Shown here: one piece after another, positions 1 through 12,900 of the stretch
Layout of the letters: the number at the start of each line of letters is the position of its first letter
Numbering within the stretch: position 1 is the stretch's first letter
Assembly (NCBI GenBank): GCA_001724245.1
Contig: MEDX01000011.1
Location: 1 to 64,000, forward strand
Length of the DNA: 64,000 nt
Reading direction: 5' to 3'
Source of the DNA: Fonticula-like sp. SCN 57-25
Taxonomy: Eukaryota
Translations under genes and position numbers: made by a program
The notes under the pieces: model-generated
Seen by the model: the letters and a program-made list of their open reading frames with translations, nothing else
Told to the model about the DNA's origin: nothing
Databases searched by the model: none

Positions 1-847
1 CGCTTCCTCTTTTGCAGCTGCTCCTTTGCCTTCTGCTGCTGCTGCTGCTGCTCTCTCGCCTGCTGCTGTTTATACAGCTGCTCCTGCGACGGCCGTGACC
101 TTTGAGGCGTCTGCGGCTCCTGGTCGGCGTCCTTGAGGTCGACGAATGTATCGGGCGAGTCGGGCGGGCTGTACTCGAGCGGCCGCGTGTGGCCCAGGTT
201 CTGCAGCTCGAGCACAATCTGGCTCGCGAGCGGCGACGAATACGGCGGCGGCGTAAACTGAGACCCCCGCCGGTTGCCCGCGGGGCTCGCCAGCGATGCG
301 GACGACTGGCCGGCCGTGAGATCGACAAACGGAACAGCGGACTCGCGGCGCTGATTGTTGTTGTTGTTGTTGCTATTGGCGTAGCGGGGCTCTGCAAAAG
401 ACGGCGTGAGAAGGCAACGTATACGAAGGGGAGGAACGCACGAAGCTTCTTGACGGCGATGTTGTGGACGGACCGCACGAGCGTCCGGCCCGCATTCGCC
501 ACATTGTGACTCGCCTGCGAAACGTTTTGCGAGATCCACTGGCCGGCGGCGCTCGGGCCTTCGCGCTCGCGGCGATTAAAGTACGAGTACTGCTGCTCCG
601 TCGTCGGCTCCTATGGGAAAACAAAACACAGCAAGGAGATCAGCGATCCGCGGCCATGCGCGCAACAAAAACACCTGGCGCGCACCGATCCAACGCCAAA
701 GAATCGCATAGTCGCATTCTTAGCCTGCGCCAGGCGTTGGCCGCCCTCGCGCATCGCGCGCTTCGGCGCCGTCTCCTTGGTCTCCACCCTAAAGTCTTCG
801 GTGCTCTCGCCCACATCCATCTGCACCTGCAGGTGACGCGCGCTCAT
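1..847 (-). CDS. 5' part of a spliced gene running off the window; low-complexity N/Q-rich N-terminus with a PPPY motif; product unknown
   Basis: ATG at 847. GT-AG introns at about 685-611 and 441-393 join an open frame (MSARHLQ...RFFGVGS|EPTTEQQY...KKL|QPRYANSNNNNN...FTPPPYSS...QQQQQKAKEQ) that continues past base 1. Confidence 0.6.
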
Positions 848-1193
848 GCTCGCGTTGTACTCCGCCCGCCGCAGGACGGGGTGCGCTGTTTGTGGTTGGC
901 GGGAATTGGGATCGCGCGCCTGTGATTGGTCAAATCTCTGGAATGTACCAGGAAGTGCAACCATCCCTCGCTATCTATCTATCCACAGCTGGCAGGCTCA
1001 AGAGTCGAAATGATGTATTCGGAATAGTAACAAAAAGGCAAAGAGACCACAAGTCTGACGGTACCCGTACACAAAGGATAGTAATGCATTTGGTATAAAC
1101 GAAGGCGGGAAACACAAAGCACTGTGGCATAGAAAAAGAGTAAACATGTACACGAGCAAAAACCCGCATTTGCTACGAGCAAACCAAAATGAA

Positions 1194-3890
1194 TTACAGT
1201 GTCTCCTCATCGCGCGCCGGCTTGCGACGCGTCGGCAGAGTCTGCATCCGCGTCAAACTGCACATTCAAACAGCGTCAGCACAGCAATCAACCAAGGCGA
1301 TTGCGTACGAATCTGAACTTGTTGCCTTCTCGAGCTCCATCGCGCTGTGGATTCCGTGGCGGCCCAGCGTCATCGACCCGGCCGGGACGGACGACCGGAT
1401 ATGCGACGCGCTGTGCGTGCTCGAGATGCTCGAGACGCTCGAAATGGTCGATGTGTCGTCCGTATCTACCGCGCGCGCGTCAGTTTCCAATAAAAGGGCT
1501 CTTTGTCAACGTACCGCTGCCCTCGCCCGGGTCGACCTCGACGATGAGCTCGTTGCTCTCCATGCTGTGTGACGACGACGACGACTTTACGCGGAAGAGG
1601 CCCGCGCGCATAGCAAACTTTCTAAACGCGCTCCTGCTGTCGGTGCGATGCTCGGTGACGAGCTTTGGCTCGACGACGATGGCGGCGCGCTTGCTGAGGT
1701 CCGTGATGAACGCCTGCAGCTTGTCGATGACGGGCTTTTGGACGTGCGACATGATGTGCGCCTGCTCGCGGATGAGCGACATGAAGGACTGCTTGTCGGC
1801 GAGCGACGAGAAGGAGAGGTATAGGAGGCGGCCCGACCCGTTCGAGACGTCCACCACGTTCTGGTGCCAGCCGCTGTCCTTGACGTCGGTGCACTTTAGC
1901 CGCGCCATGCTCATGAGGCTGCGGAACTCTTCGCGCTTGCGCTTGTTGGACTTGCAGAGCAGCACGCAGTCGTTGAAGACGTGGATGTTGCGGCTCAGCC
2001 GCGCGGGGTGCTGGATGAGGATGTCCTGGATCTCGTCGGCGCGGAACATAAACAGGTGCTGGCGGCACTCCTCCTTGAGCTCGGGCAGCGGCGCCTCAAA
2101 GTGCTCCACGATCGGGCCAAGCGGGTCCTCGGCGCGCATGCGGATCTCATTGTTCACAATCGACGAGTAGAGCTTCTTGAGGTACTCGAGCGGCAGGTCG
2201 CCGCCGTCGTTGATGCCGCGGTTGTTGCGCACAAACTGCGCCTCGGTCATGCGGTTGCGCACGTTCGGGTTGTGCGCGTCCGTGTTGAGCATCAGCGTCG
2301 AAAAGGCAAGGATGTACGCCGCGTCGGGGTTGGCAAACACCTTGCTCTCAATGGTCGCCTCGTAAAAGATGCGGCCAAACGACTCCATCATGCGGTCGAT
2401 CACCTGCGCCTCGCCGCCGACCCTAAAGTTGGAGTCGACGAGGAACTTGCGCAGCGCCAGGTCAAAGTCGAGGCCCTTAAAGTCGACCGACCGCGTGAAC
2501 GCGTCGCGGATGGGCACAATGTCGGGGTCCGACGACCCGAGGTAGTCGCCCACCTTGACATTGTTCAGCCGCTTCTCGGTGCGCAAAAAGTCGGCGATCG
2601 CCTCGTCCGTGTCCTCCACAAAGCCCAGGTTCACCAGCAGAGACAGGCCCAACGCGGGCTTGCGGTTGAACTCGTAGATGGCCGCGAGGAACTTTTGGTT
2701 CAGCTCGCCCGACGGGTTCTCAATCTTTTCCACAGAGTCCTGATTCAAAAGCAGCGCGCGGCGCGACCCAAGGCGGCGGATCTCGTCAATCGGGGTGCAC
2801 ACCGTCTGGCGAACCTTGGCGCGGTCCACCATCGCCATGAAGCGCTTGCGCACAGTGTAGTAGCGGTACCACCGCTGGATCACGCGCGCAGCAGTGTCAA
2901 GCTGGTGCGTTTCAAAATCCATATCATCAACTGAGCCAGAAAAAAAATATTAAAGGTCAGCAAAGAACATTCCAAGAGAGAAAAGGGCGCACCGAGCTTG
3001 TCGCGCAGGTCAGCGCTGCCGTCGCTTGGAATTGCCTGCGAGCCGGACGATGTGCGCCGCAGCAGGTCGCTGTAGCTGCCGAGCGAGCCGCTGCGGAGGC
3101 GGGGCGGCTCGTCCACGGCGGGGGACGGCTGGTCGTCGTCGTTAAAGGTCGCGAGCTTTGTGTTGGCGTCAAAGGAGCGCTCCCGGCGCTTGCGGCGAAT
3201 CTGCGAGCCCTCCTCGCCAAACAACTTTGGCTGCAGGCGGACGAGGCGGTCGACCGTTTTCGACATGGCGCCCGAGGCGGTGAGCTGGTCGTACTTGATG
3301 GAGCGCCGAGCTTTGGTCTCCTCCTCGGCGGGGAACGACGAAACATTGTCCTCGCGATCAACAAAGTCCTTGAGATCAAGCATGATGGCCTGGTACTCCT
3401 TTTCGGCATTGCGGCGGTCCTTACGAATCGACTTTTTGCGATTCATCTCACCTTCATTGTACTCGATGGACGCATTGTCGGTCGAGCGGCGGCGCAGAAG
3501 CTTCAGCTCAACCTCGAGCGCCTTGATGATCTCGTGCTGATTCTCAATCACAGCAGAGAGCTCCTCCATCTCGGCGGCGTGCTTCGCCTTCAGCCCAGCA
3601 ACCAGGCTGTGATCAGCCCGGCCGTCGGCCACCGACTTGGAATGCAGCGTCCGAAGCTTACGAAGCCTTGACTCGATCTCGGCCAACGTGTCGGCAAACT
3701 CAAGATCGGGCTCTGACTCCTGGAGCGACGATAGGCTAGTGCTCACCGACGGTGGCTGAAGCGTCTTGGATGCCACAGAAGAGCTATCCAGCTCTTCTTT
3801 GCTGTCCAACTTGTTGGCCGAGGCAGCTGCGGCCGCCGCGGCCGCCGCAGCCGCCGACTCGGGTGTCGTGCTATGTCTCCGTCGAAACAT
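1194..3890 (-). CDS. IQ-Sec7-PH ARF guanine nucleotide exchange factor (IQSEC/BRAG-like) with N-terminal coiled coil
   Basis: IQ motif AARVIQRWYRYYTVRKRF; Sec7 motifs FRVGGEAQVIDR and AYILAFSTLMLNTDAHN; PH-like IHVFNDCVLLCK. Introns near 2990-2932, 1514-1466 and 1308-1258; stop at 1194-1196. Confidence 0.85.
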
Positions 3891-4162
3891 GTCGTTTACA
3901 CAGTCCGTTCAGACAACGGAAACGGCGAATGCGCTCGAAGGCGAGGGCGGTCGAGCGGGAAACACTGCGGGGCACTAAAACTCAAATTCCAGGTAGCAGT
4001 GCGCACCGAGATCTCAAACCACAGACCTTTGTTTTTCTTTGGTGGTTTTTCCTTCCAGAATGATGAATGTTTCAATTGAAAAGCGCAAATTGCAAACTAG
4101 GATGCTGTGCAAACTGCATTGCAAACTAGCTGGCCGGTGCGGGAGCGGACACCAGGGCGAGC

Positions 4163-5376
4163 ATGGCGGGGTACTACAAGTCAGGGGGGCAAGGAGAGGC
4201 CACCAGCATCAACCAGAGCAATGTACGGGCTTGCTTCTTTGTTATCACGGTATTGATGGCACGCGCAGGTCTACAAATATGGCGGGACTGACGCGGACGA
4301 TCTGCTGCCCATGCCGCAGATGGGGTTCGAGCCGGACGTTACGCTACAGTTCAAGAAGGTCCCTACGCTATGGATTCTTTTGCTTCAGCCCCTGCTATTG
4401 ATAGCGGTGGACGTGCTATTGTTCCTGGACTTTAACACGGACTTTTTCCCGGTGACGGGCGCCGATTCGCACTTTTTGTTTTGCGTTCTCCTTCATGTAT
4501 TCGTGTTCCTCATCGTCGTGCTCGCGGAGCGCTACGTGCAGCACTACCAGCGGCGCGCGCGCCTTATGGGCTACCTCGAGTTTTACCGGAAGACGCGGAC
4601 GCTCCGCAAGGTGCCCTCTCTAATCCTGTCGCTCGGCAACGCCGCCATCCTGATCCTCATGAGCCTGTGGCCCACCGCCGTCGAGTACGCAGGCTTTGCG
4701 CGGATCAACGTGCTTCAGGTGATCGTCACCGCTGAACTCGTCGTCTGCGCCCCTGCTTTTCTTCTCCTTATCTGTGTGGCCTTTCTCTTTCTTTATTTTT
4801 TGCTGATTTGCTCTTTGTCGCGCAGTCCGTACGTGGCAGTTCAACGCCGCACGCCCTCGTCCCGACGCGGCAGCTATGCTTGCCCCGTCGTTCGAGCCCG
4901 CGTCAAAGCTGCTTGCAGCCCCCCAGCAGAGTGGCGGTGCCGGCGCGCCTCCCACCCACGTGGAGCTCGGTTTTGGCGGCGGCGGCGGCGACGAGTACTA
5001 CAACGACGTCATGGAGCGCCAGGCTGACATGATCAAGTACCTCCAGCAGCAGAAGGAGTCGCTGAGCCTCAATATCGTGCAGCTGACCGACAGGCTGCGC
5101 CGCTACGAGCAGAGCGCGCTCGAGCCCACCGAGGTGCGATGACGAAGGTTATGGCAGCACCCGCTAACCACCTTCGCGCGACAGAGCGACTTTCAGAACT
5201 TGCTCAAGGCAAAGGACCAGGAAATGCGCGCTGCGCTTGCAGAGGTACGATGGTCCTTGAAATGAGCCTTTATGACTCACATTTGTGCCTTGCTTCTCTA
5301 GCGGGACGAGAGGATTCGCGCGCTCGAGCAGCAGGTCGCCCGTCAGGCGTCTCCGGCCGTGGAAGCCAGCGACTGA
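4163..5376 (+). CDS. TMEM192: Transmembrane protein 192 homologue (lysosomal membrane protein)
   Basis: Four hydrophobic segments, GYLEFYRKTRTLRKVP...SLGN, and C-terminal coiled coil MERQADMIKYL match recalled TMEM192; about 5 exons. Confidence 0.85.
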
Positions 5377-5498
5377 GCGCGCGTCGACGCAGGCGTAGCA
5401 ATGTACATTTGTAGAGGCGTTACATTTATGGTTCTTATGTATCGCAGGTTATTTAAAACGTTTATTTTCTGTTGTATTGGGGCGATGCCCCGCCTTGG

Positions 5499-6186
5499 TC
5501 AGGCATTGGCAATAGGCAAGTACAGTTTGAATTCCGTGGGCAACTCCTCCTCCGTTTTCGGCTTGTCGGCAAAGTACACTCTCCTCAGCCTGCAGTTGGC
5601 GTGCACCGTGACGCTCAGCGTCTCGACAAAGCCGCTCCCGTACGCGCGCCGGACGAGATCCGCAAGGTTGAGCTGCACCTGATTCCAGCCGGGGTCCAGC
5701 CGCAGCGGCATCGTGCAGATCGCGTCCGTCACTCGTACCTCTGTCTGATAATTAGAGACGCGGAAACGCCGCTTCACGCGCTTATCGTCCATTACTTCCA
5801 CTTCAAAGGAAAAGTACCGATCAATGTTTTTTACCACAAGCACCACGATTGCTGTCGCGCCGCAAAGAGGCATGAGCAAGCGTCAGAGAAAGAGGGGCGC
5901 CGTACGAAGCTTGATGCCAAGGGTCTGAGACGGCTCCGCAGGGCAGCTCATGTAAACCTGAGATATATTGTCCGCCTGCAGCTCGTACACGGCCGATCTA
6001 ATGTCCGCATCGAGCACCACCTGGATCGATGCGGCATCGCTTTGGCACACGCGCCATAGCTGCAATGGCTTCGAGCCGAGGCTATAAAAGATAGAAAGGA
6101 GGCCCGCCTATGCGCGCAAAGTGAACGAGTGAGCGCTCGTAGGTCGAATAAGCGCGCTTGCGCACCTGGAACGTATTACGAAACAT
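5499..6186 (-). CDS. CFAP20: Cilia- and flagella-associated protein 20 (BUG22/C16orf80)
   Basis: Spliced protein [25 protein letters not shown]...RRFRVSNYQ...[13 protein letters not shown]...[11 protein letters not shown]...[10 protein letters not shown]; 3 exons. Confidence 0.95.
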
Positions 6187-6242
6187 TCGGTGGCGGTGGC
6201 TCTAGCCAGGAGGCTGGTCCAATCGTTGTGCTTGCTGACGCG

Positions 6243-7194
6243 ATGACTCCCGCCAAATTTTTCGCGGCATCGGACGACGCGTCGCCGACGAGTACTGCGC
6301 TCCGGGATGCCGAGGACTATGTATATAATGCGCGTTCCGCCCTTTTACGAGGCCCTTCCGGCAGGTATGGCGCTTTTTTGTGCTACGAGCGCGCTCTCAC
6401 CCCTTCGTACTTGCCGCAGCATCCTCGCATCCCTGCTCATGCAGCTGTCGATCCGGCATGCGCAGGACCACGAGGGCGTTCTCTTCCTCGCTCCCAGCAG
6501 CGCAGCGCTGCTTTCAATAAAGGCATTCCCGACATGGTCGTCGCTGGACAAGGCCGTTCTCTCGCGCATTCAAATATGGTCCGTTTCATTTTACACCGCG
6601 CATTGTGCTTACGCGAGAGATCAGCTACTGCTCGCCCGACGAGGCCCGCGCGGTCCTTGCCTCAATACCGCTCCTGCCGCGCGCGCCGTCGATGCTTGTC
6701 CTCCACGAGCTGACGAGCATGACGGACGGGACGGCCGCCGGCCTTGCCGAAACATCCGCGCTGATCCGCAGCGCCGTCGCTTCGCTGCGGTACCCACAAT
6801 CCCTTTCTCGCCACCCTTGCGCTCACCAACACGCTACAGCCGGACGCACGGCATCGCGTGCCACGTCGTTGCCTCCGAGTCATCTGACGCGGCGACCGGC
6901 CAGACGCCCCAGCGGCACATTTCGTCGCTCCTTGCGTCGTACTTTCCGCTCCAGCTTGCCATCAGGGGTGCGCCACTAGGCAGTGTATGCGGGTGCTTAC
7001 GCGACGCACAGCCGGCGCAGCGGGTCCGCACTCATATATATTGGTGACAGAGTCAGTGTACGGTAAAAGAGACGGCCTGGGCCTCGAGATCTCCTTTACA
7101 GAGGTACGCTGGCTACTATCTGTGGTGAATGCTCACGTATGGATAGGGGCATTCGGACCTGTGTGTGAGCCAAGTGTTGCTCAACAAGAGTTAA
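6243..7194 (+). CDS. SWSAP1: SWSAP1-like Rad51 paralogue (Shu complex subunit)
   Basis: Spliced LLRGPSGSILASLL...VLFLAP...LSRIQI|..YC...PSMLVLHEL follows the recalled SWSAP1 pattern (LLGxPGSGKT, VLFL, LxKIxFxY, PSLLLLD); about 6 exons. Confidence 0.6.
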
Positions 7195-7376
7195 GTATTG
7201 TGTATAAATTTTGTATTATGTAAAGTAATGAAAAAGGGCGAATTGGACGCGGCGGCCACACTATCGGGCTACTTTCAGCGGGACTGCAACGCAAAGATTA
7301 TTGAAACATTGTTGCGGTTGTACATGCGAGGCGAGAGGAACTAGGCGCGGAGAGCCGCCCTAGCACCGCCACGCGC

Positions 7377-7990
7377 TCAAGTCGAAGTAGACTTTCGTGT
7401 AAAGAAAAAGTACGTAACGAAAAACACAAATACAATAAAGATTGTGAGGTAGCAGAACTGGCGGCCGTGCGGCGTGTTTGAAAAGTCGCTCAGGCGCTTC
7501 ATCGTCCCGCCCAAAAGTCCGCCCGTCCTATCAAAGTCGGTTTCCTGACGCACGCGTGAATACATAAAGCGCCAATAATATAAATGAGCGCACCATCTGC
7601 GAAATGAAGCGATTATGCTCCGTGATCTCGTGCCCGATGTCAATGGTCAGCTACAGCCAGCATCGGCATCAGCAAGCAGGTAGCGAGAAAACGGAATGGC
7701 CATGAAAGACGTACCGACTTTAACGTGCTCACACGCGCGCTGAGCATGTCCACGGCGTCGTCATTGTGGCGCTCCATAATGTCCTCGCTGCATCGCACGG
7801 TTAGTCACGATAATCTCTCTCTGCGACCAGGCATCGGGATGACGCACTTTTGCATCATGGCATGCGAGCTGGATGCCTTGGCCTCGCCCAACAGCATATT
7901 GCGCCTATTCACATCTTCATTAGCAAGCGGCGGCGGCGCGGCGCGAGAGGCGCACCGAGCGGCGTTGTTGATGCTCGCTGTCGACCGCAT
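7377..7990 (-). CDS. BET1: Bet1-like Qc-SNARE
   Basis: SNARE heptad MERHNDDAVDMLSARVSTLKS|LTIDIGHEI...DFDRTGGLLGGTMKRL plus C-terminal TM helix; several short introns. Confidence 0.85.
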
Positions 7991-8068
7991 CCCCGGCCGG
8001 CTCATTCACCCCCCAACACACTATGTTCACGTGACCTGACTCTTCTGTGCGTTTGTGCTTTCAGCGGC

Positions 8069-9711
8069 ATGTCGACCGAGTTTGCGGTGTTTGTCACGCA
8101 GCCCGTGCGGCTCGACTACCAGTGCTTCCAGCTGTGGGTCAAGGGCCACCCAGGTTTGCCTCTCCCGCTTTGTGCTATGTCCTGTACTGATCTTTGCGTG
8201 CCCCATTAAGTGGAGCAAGCGATCTCCTTATGGACGCCGCCGCAGTCGTCGAGTCAGCTGGGGATCGCGGCGCGCACGCACGTCGACTTTGTGCGTAACC
8301 AGTTCCAGACGCTTGACCTGCTGGAGCACTACCTGGAGTACCCGAATGGTGCGGCGCTCTCTTGATGCCCGACGTGTGCTCACATCATGCATGCTTGTCT
8401 GGCATCCGTTGGATCTTGCAGGGGAGGAGGGTCGCGCGCCCATCTTTACCGAGCAGACGGTCATCCGCCTGCCGCCACACGTCCAGTCAATCATTCTCGA
8501 CAGGTACGCAGTCTCTTTTCGCGCCTCTGTTTTCGTTTTCTTTGTCCCTAATACTCATCCCCGTGCAGCTACTATGCGCTGGACGATGCCGTGCTGCGCG
8601 AGATGATGGGCAAGAAGCTGTCGTCCCGCCTGCGCAAGGATCTCGAGGTCGTGGCGGAGGAGAGCAATCACGCCATCCAGGTGCAGAGCTGCCGGCGACA
8701 GGTGCGCTTTTAACAGCCCTTTGCGATCTTTCTCTGACGCAGTTTCCCTCCCCTGCCCAGTTTGACAATGTGAAGCGCGTCTTTCGCGAGGTGGAGGACA
8801 TGCCAGGCCACCTCCCCGAGCTCATCCAAAAAATCTTTCTTGTGTCGCCCGAGCTCGCCAGGTGCGCCTCTTTCTTGCCTTGCTATTTTTGTGACGCTCA
8901 CACGCATGCAGGCGGTACGCGCATCTCGTCTTCCTCGCAAAGAACCGCGTCGACACGACACGCAAGCGGCTGGCGCTCCTAACATTTGGTGACATTGACT
9001 TTTGCGCCGGCGTGCTTATGGAGAACTGGACGGGTGAGATGCCGGGGCAGCCGAGCTCGGAGCTCGATACGGCCTTTATTCGCGACATTGCCGAAGTGAA
9101 AAGTGCGTACCATTATTTTTATTTTGGTTGTGTTGTCTCGTTTTCCGACATTTTAATTACGTATTTTGTCTTGTTCCCGTCATTTTTGTCACTTTTCCCG
9201 TCATTTTCACCTTTAACTAAACGTTCCGCAGCCATCACGTCGCACCAGAGCGAAACGCTTGAAGAGTACAGGCTCGCGATCTGCACGACATTTGAGCATG
9301 CCGGCCGCGCCAGTGTCGCTCACAAATGTACGTCATCCTTTTTTATTGTCACTATTGCTGACGGCGGCGTGGTACAGCGCACATCAAGCAGCTCATTCGC
9401 ACGTGTCTCCACCTCGGCGCCGGCCTGCGCCTTGAAAAAGAGTTTAAGGATCTCTTGTTTGATATTGTGCGTTGTTGTTGCCGTTGCTGCGCTTCTAACG
9501 ACCTTTTGTGCAGGCCGACAAAATCATTGAGCCGAGCAAAAAGATTGGATGGAGCACGAGCGACTTTGAGCTCTTTTTCACTGCGTTTACTGAGCGGTTT
9601 TCAGGTCTACGCACGCTCGACGTCGCGGCAAAGGAGCGGTACGCGAGCACGGTGGCGCGGTTTGCGCGCGTCCTCTCGGCGGCGTCCATCAGAATGTACC
9701 GCATCGGGTAG
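8069..9711 (+). CDS. FIBP: Acidic FGF intracellular-binding protein homologue
   Basis: MSTEFAVFV...FQLWVKG, YYALDDAVLREMMGKKLS, SCRRQFDNVKRVF and FCAGVLMENWT match recalled FIBP; about 8 exons. Confidence 0.9.
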
Positions 9712-9954
9712 CGGCGCCGCTTTAGCATTCCAATTGTACTTTTAATACATGCATCTCTTTGGTATTGTGGCAGATTTATCGTCAAAGGCTTTGAAAGTCG
9801 CACTGGAAGAGCCTTAATCGAAGTGGACTTACCTTCAAATGTGCACAATCCTGCTACAGAAATATCAAGAAGCTGCTCTTCAGCTGATATGTCCTATATA
9901 TTTATTCAATGATCATCTATGGATACAAAATGGTTATGACACGAAATCCTACAC

Positions 9955-12900
9955 TCACCGCCGCGTGACCCACTCGATGACGTGCATGAGCACCGGCATG
10001 GCGTGGTACGCCGCAATGTTTCTAAATGTCTTGGCGCTATACACTTTGTCAGCACACACAAACAAAATTCACTCAAAGCGTACAATGTGGCAAAGTCTGC
10101 TGGCGACGACTGCGCGTTGACGAACCGCCCCGAGCAGACGCAAAACTCTGCGAGGTTGTCTGGCTTGACCATCCTGCAGCGCACGCACTTTAGGTCCTGT
10201 AGCTGGTACTGCGCGACGCGCTTGCTAAACGACGCGACGAGCTGCTGCTCGATGGCGGCGCGGTCGTACTCGTTCTTGCAGAGCGGGCACAGCCAGCGCG
10301 CCGCGGGGGCCGCCGCCTGCGCCGCCGGGGCGCCGTCCGCGGGCGCCTCAATGACGAGGTGCTTGTCGCGGCACAGGTCGACATCGCGGCAGAAGCAGCA
10401 GTACGTGCAGATCACCTCGCTCAGGCGGTACGACAGGCACGGGTTCACAAACGCGGCAGCAGCGGCAAACTCGCCAACGCCAAGAAGCGTCAGCGCGTTC
10501 TTGCGGATCGTGTGCGCGGCAGAGGCGAGCTCGCGGTCAAGCTGGAGAACCTGCACGACCTGCTTTACAAGCTCAAGCGCGGGGCTGTCCATCGAGAGGT
10601 GCGAGCCGGGAAGCTGAGGGAACTCAAAGTTGGCGCCGGTACCGTTTTGGAGCTGAGGAAGGACGCTGAGAAGGCGAGGGCCAAAGCGTTGCTGCACAAA
10701 CTCGGCAAAGGCCGCCAAAGTGCCAGCCTGCAAAGCGTCAGGACAAGAAGAAAGAATATGAAAAGTGAACGTACGGCGGCAGCGGGGAGCTCGGCGTCAA
10801 TGTCCATGGCGTTCTCGTCGTCGCTCAAGTCGGCAGAGACGTTCTCCGAATGCCGGCCGACACCGCGCGCCTCTGCTCAGGCGAGAACATCAGTATCATG
10901 GCATGCAATGAGAAGGAATAACACGCACTGCGCATGTCGCGGACGTTGTTGAGCGTCTGCAGAATATAGTCGCCAACGAGCGCGACGAACGCGCGGCGCG
11001 ACGCCGGCGGCAGATAGTCCGCCATGTTCCAGTGCATCTCGACGCCTATATCTGATGTTAGCTGCCCTGTTTCAACTTTGCAATTCCCGCCACGCACGGT
11101 CGCTTCCCGCGAGGACGCCCGCGTAGTTTGCCTCGTCCATCCAGTGCAGCGTGTCCCAGTACGTCGTCGGCTCGAGCTCGAGCCAGCTAAACAGCGGCTT
11201 TGCCTTGATTGTCTTTGTCAAAAATGCGGCGTACGCCTGCGCGTGCGGCAGCGACGTCTTGCTCGTGCTGACCACGAGGCGGTTAAAGTTGCCGAGCACG
11301 ACCGTGGCGCCGAGTCGCTTGAACTCGCCGAGCAGCATGAGGAAGACCTTCTTCATCATGCCCTGCACGAGCGAGCGCAGCGCGGGGTCAAATAGAAGCG
11401 CCGTGCCGCTCGTCAGCCAGCGGTAAAAGTGCAGCATCAGCAGGTCGGCGTAAACGTTGCCCGCAGTGGCGGCCTCGTGCGACCTACGCGAGCTAAGGTT
11501 AGTGCACTGGCGGTGCAGAAAGGGGGCGCGTGCCATTGACAGACGAGCGCGCGAAGCAGCTTGAAGGCGCTGCCCTCGGCCTCCTGCGCGAGATGGCTCG
11601 ACTCGATGAGCGTGTTGTACGCGAGATGGAGCAAATCAAACTCGACCGTGAGCGAGCGGTAGCACCCGGTGACATTGATGTCCTTGAGCAGCGCCTGCCC
11701 ATCGTCCATCCTGCACAGCGTAAGCATCAAAATATATCAGCGTAATATAAGTGCGTACGTGTTCTCGTCGGCCTCCTTGCCGCCGAGGTCGGGCCGCTCC
11801 GAACCCGACACCCACAGCAGGCAGTTGTTCTGCTTGAGCTGGCGGGCGAGCAGCACGTCAATCACGAGCTGCGAGTGGTCGTCGACCATGTTGCAGAGCG
11901 GCAGGTTGGCATAGTGCGACAGGCCGAGCGTGTTGTGCAGTACAGCGTTCAGGTTGAACAGCTGGCCAACAAACCGCCGCGACGCAAAGCGCTCCCAGCC
12001 AAGAGCGGGGAACTGCGAATCCTGTTGGCATATCACGTGTGTCAGAGGCGGAAAATTAGAGCAAGAAAGCGGCGTACGGATGCGCTCGTCGCCAGGCGGA
12101 GCACGGGCACCTCGTCCCACAGCCGCAGCAGGCCGACCAGCGTCGCCGAGCATTGCGCACTCTGCAGCACAGGGTCAGCACAAACACTTTTACCCATCAT
12201 TTAGTACGCACCACAAGGACAGGGCCGCGGCGCTCGTTCTTGATCGCAAGGATGGTGCGCGCCGCCAGGCGGGCGGCCTCCTTGACCGTACCCACCGTAT
12301 GCAGCGTGACGTTCACGGCCTCGGGCAGGTTGACAATATCCGGCACGGCCTCCTCCTGACGCTCGAGGAACGCGGCGCGCGCCTCGGTGTAGTGGCGCGG
12401 CAGACCGCCCTGCTGATTCGCATTTGTTGGGCCGACAAAGATGGCGACGACACTGGCGGTGTCGGGGCAGCACACTGCGATGAGGTGGCGCGACTCTGAG
12501 CCGGCGTGGTAGAGGTACACGTGGCGCATCTGCGCGTCCGAGATAAACTGCCCAATGCCGCCGTGGCCGAGGGCCGGCGGCGTGCGCAGCGACACATCGG
12601 CGAGCGAAAAGTGGTCGCCCTCGCCGAGCGCCGAGCGCGCGCGCGACACTTGGCAAGAACCGCCCATGCCGACCAAAGCGCGGAACAGCAGCGGGACGTG
12701 CGTCTCGTACACGCCCTCGACCTCGGCGCTGTTGAAAAAGTCGGTCACTTCCTTGGCGCGCGAAATGAACTGCGTCTCGGGCATCGTGATCTCGTAGAGG
12801 TATTCGGGCTTTTGGTCGCGCGGCAGGGTGAACGACACGCGCTTGCTCGCAAGCTGGGGCGCCTCCTTGCGCGTGTTTACAAAGACAGTCCGCGGTACCG

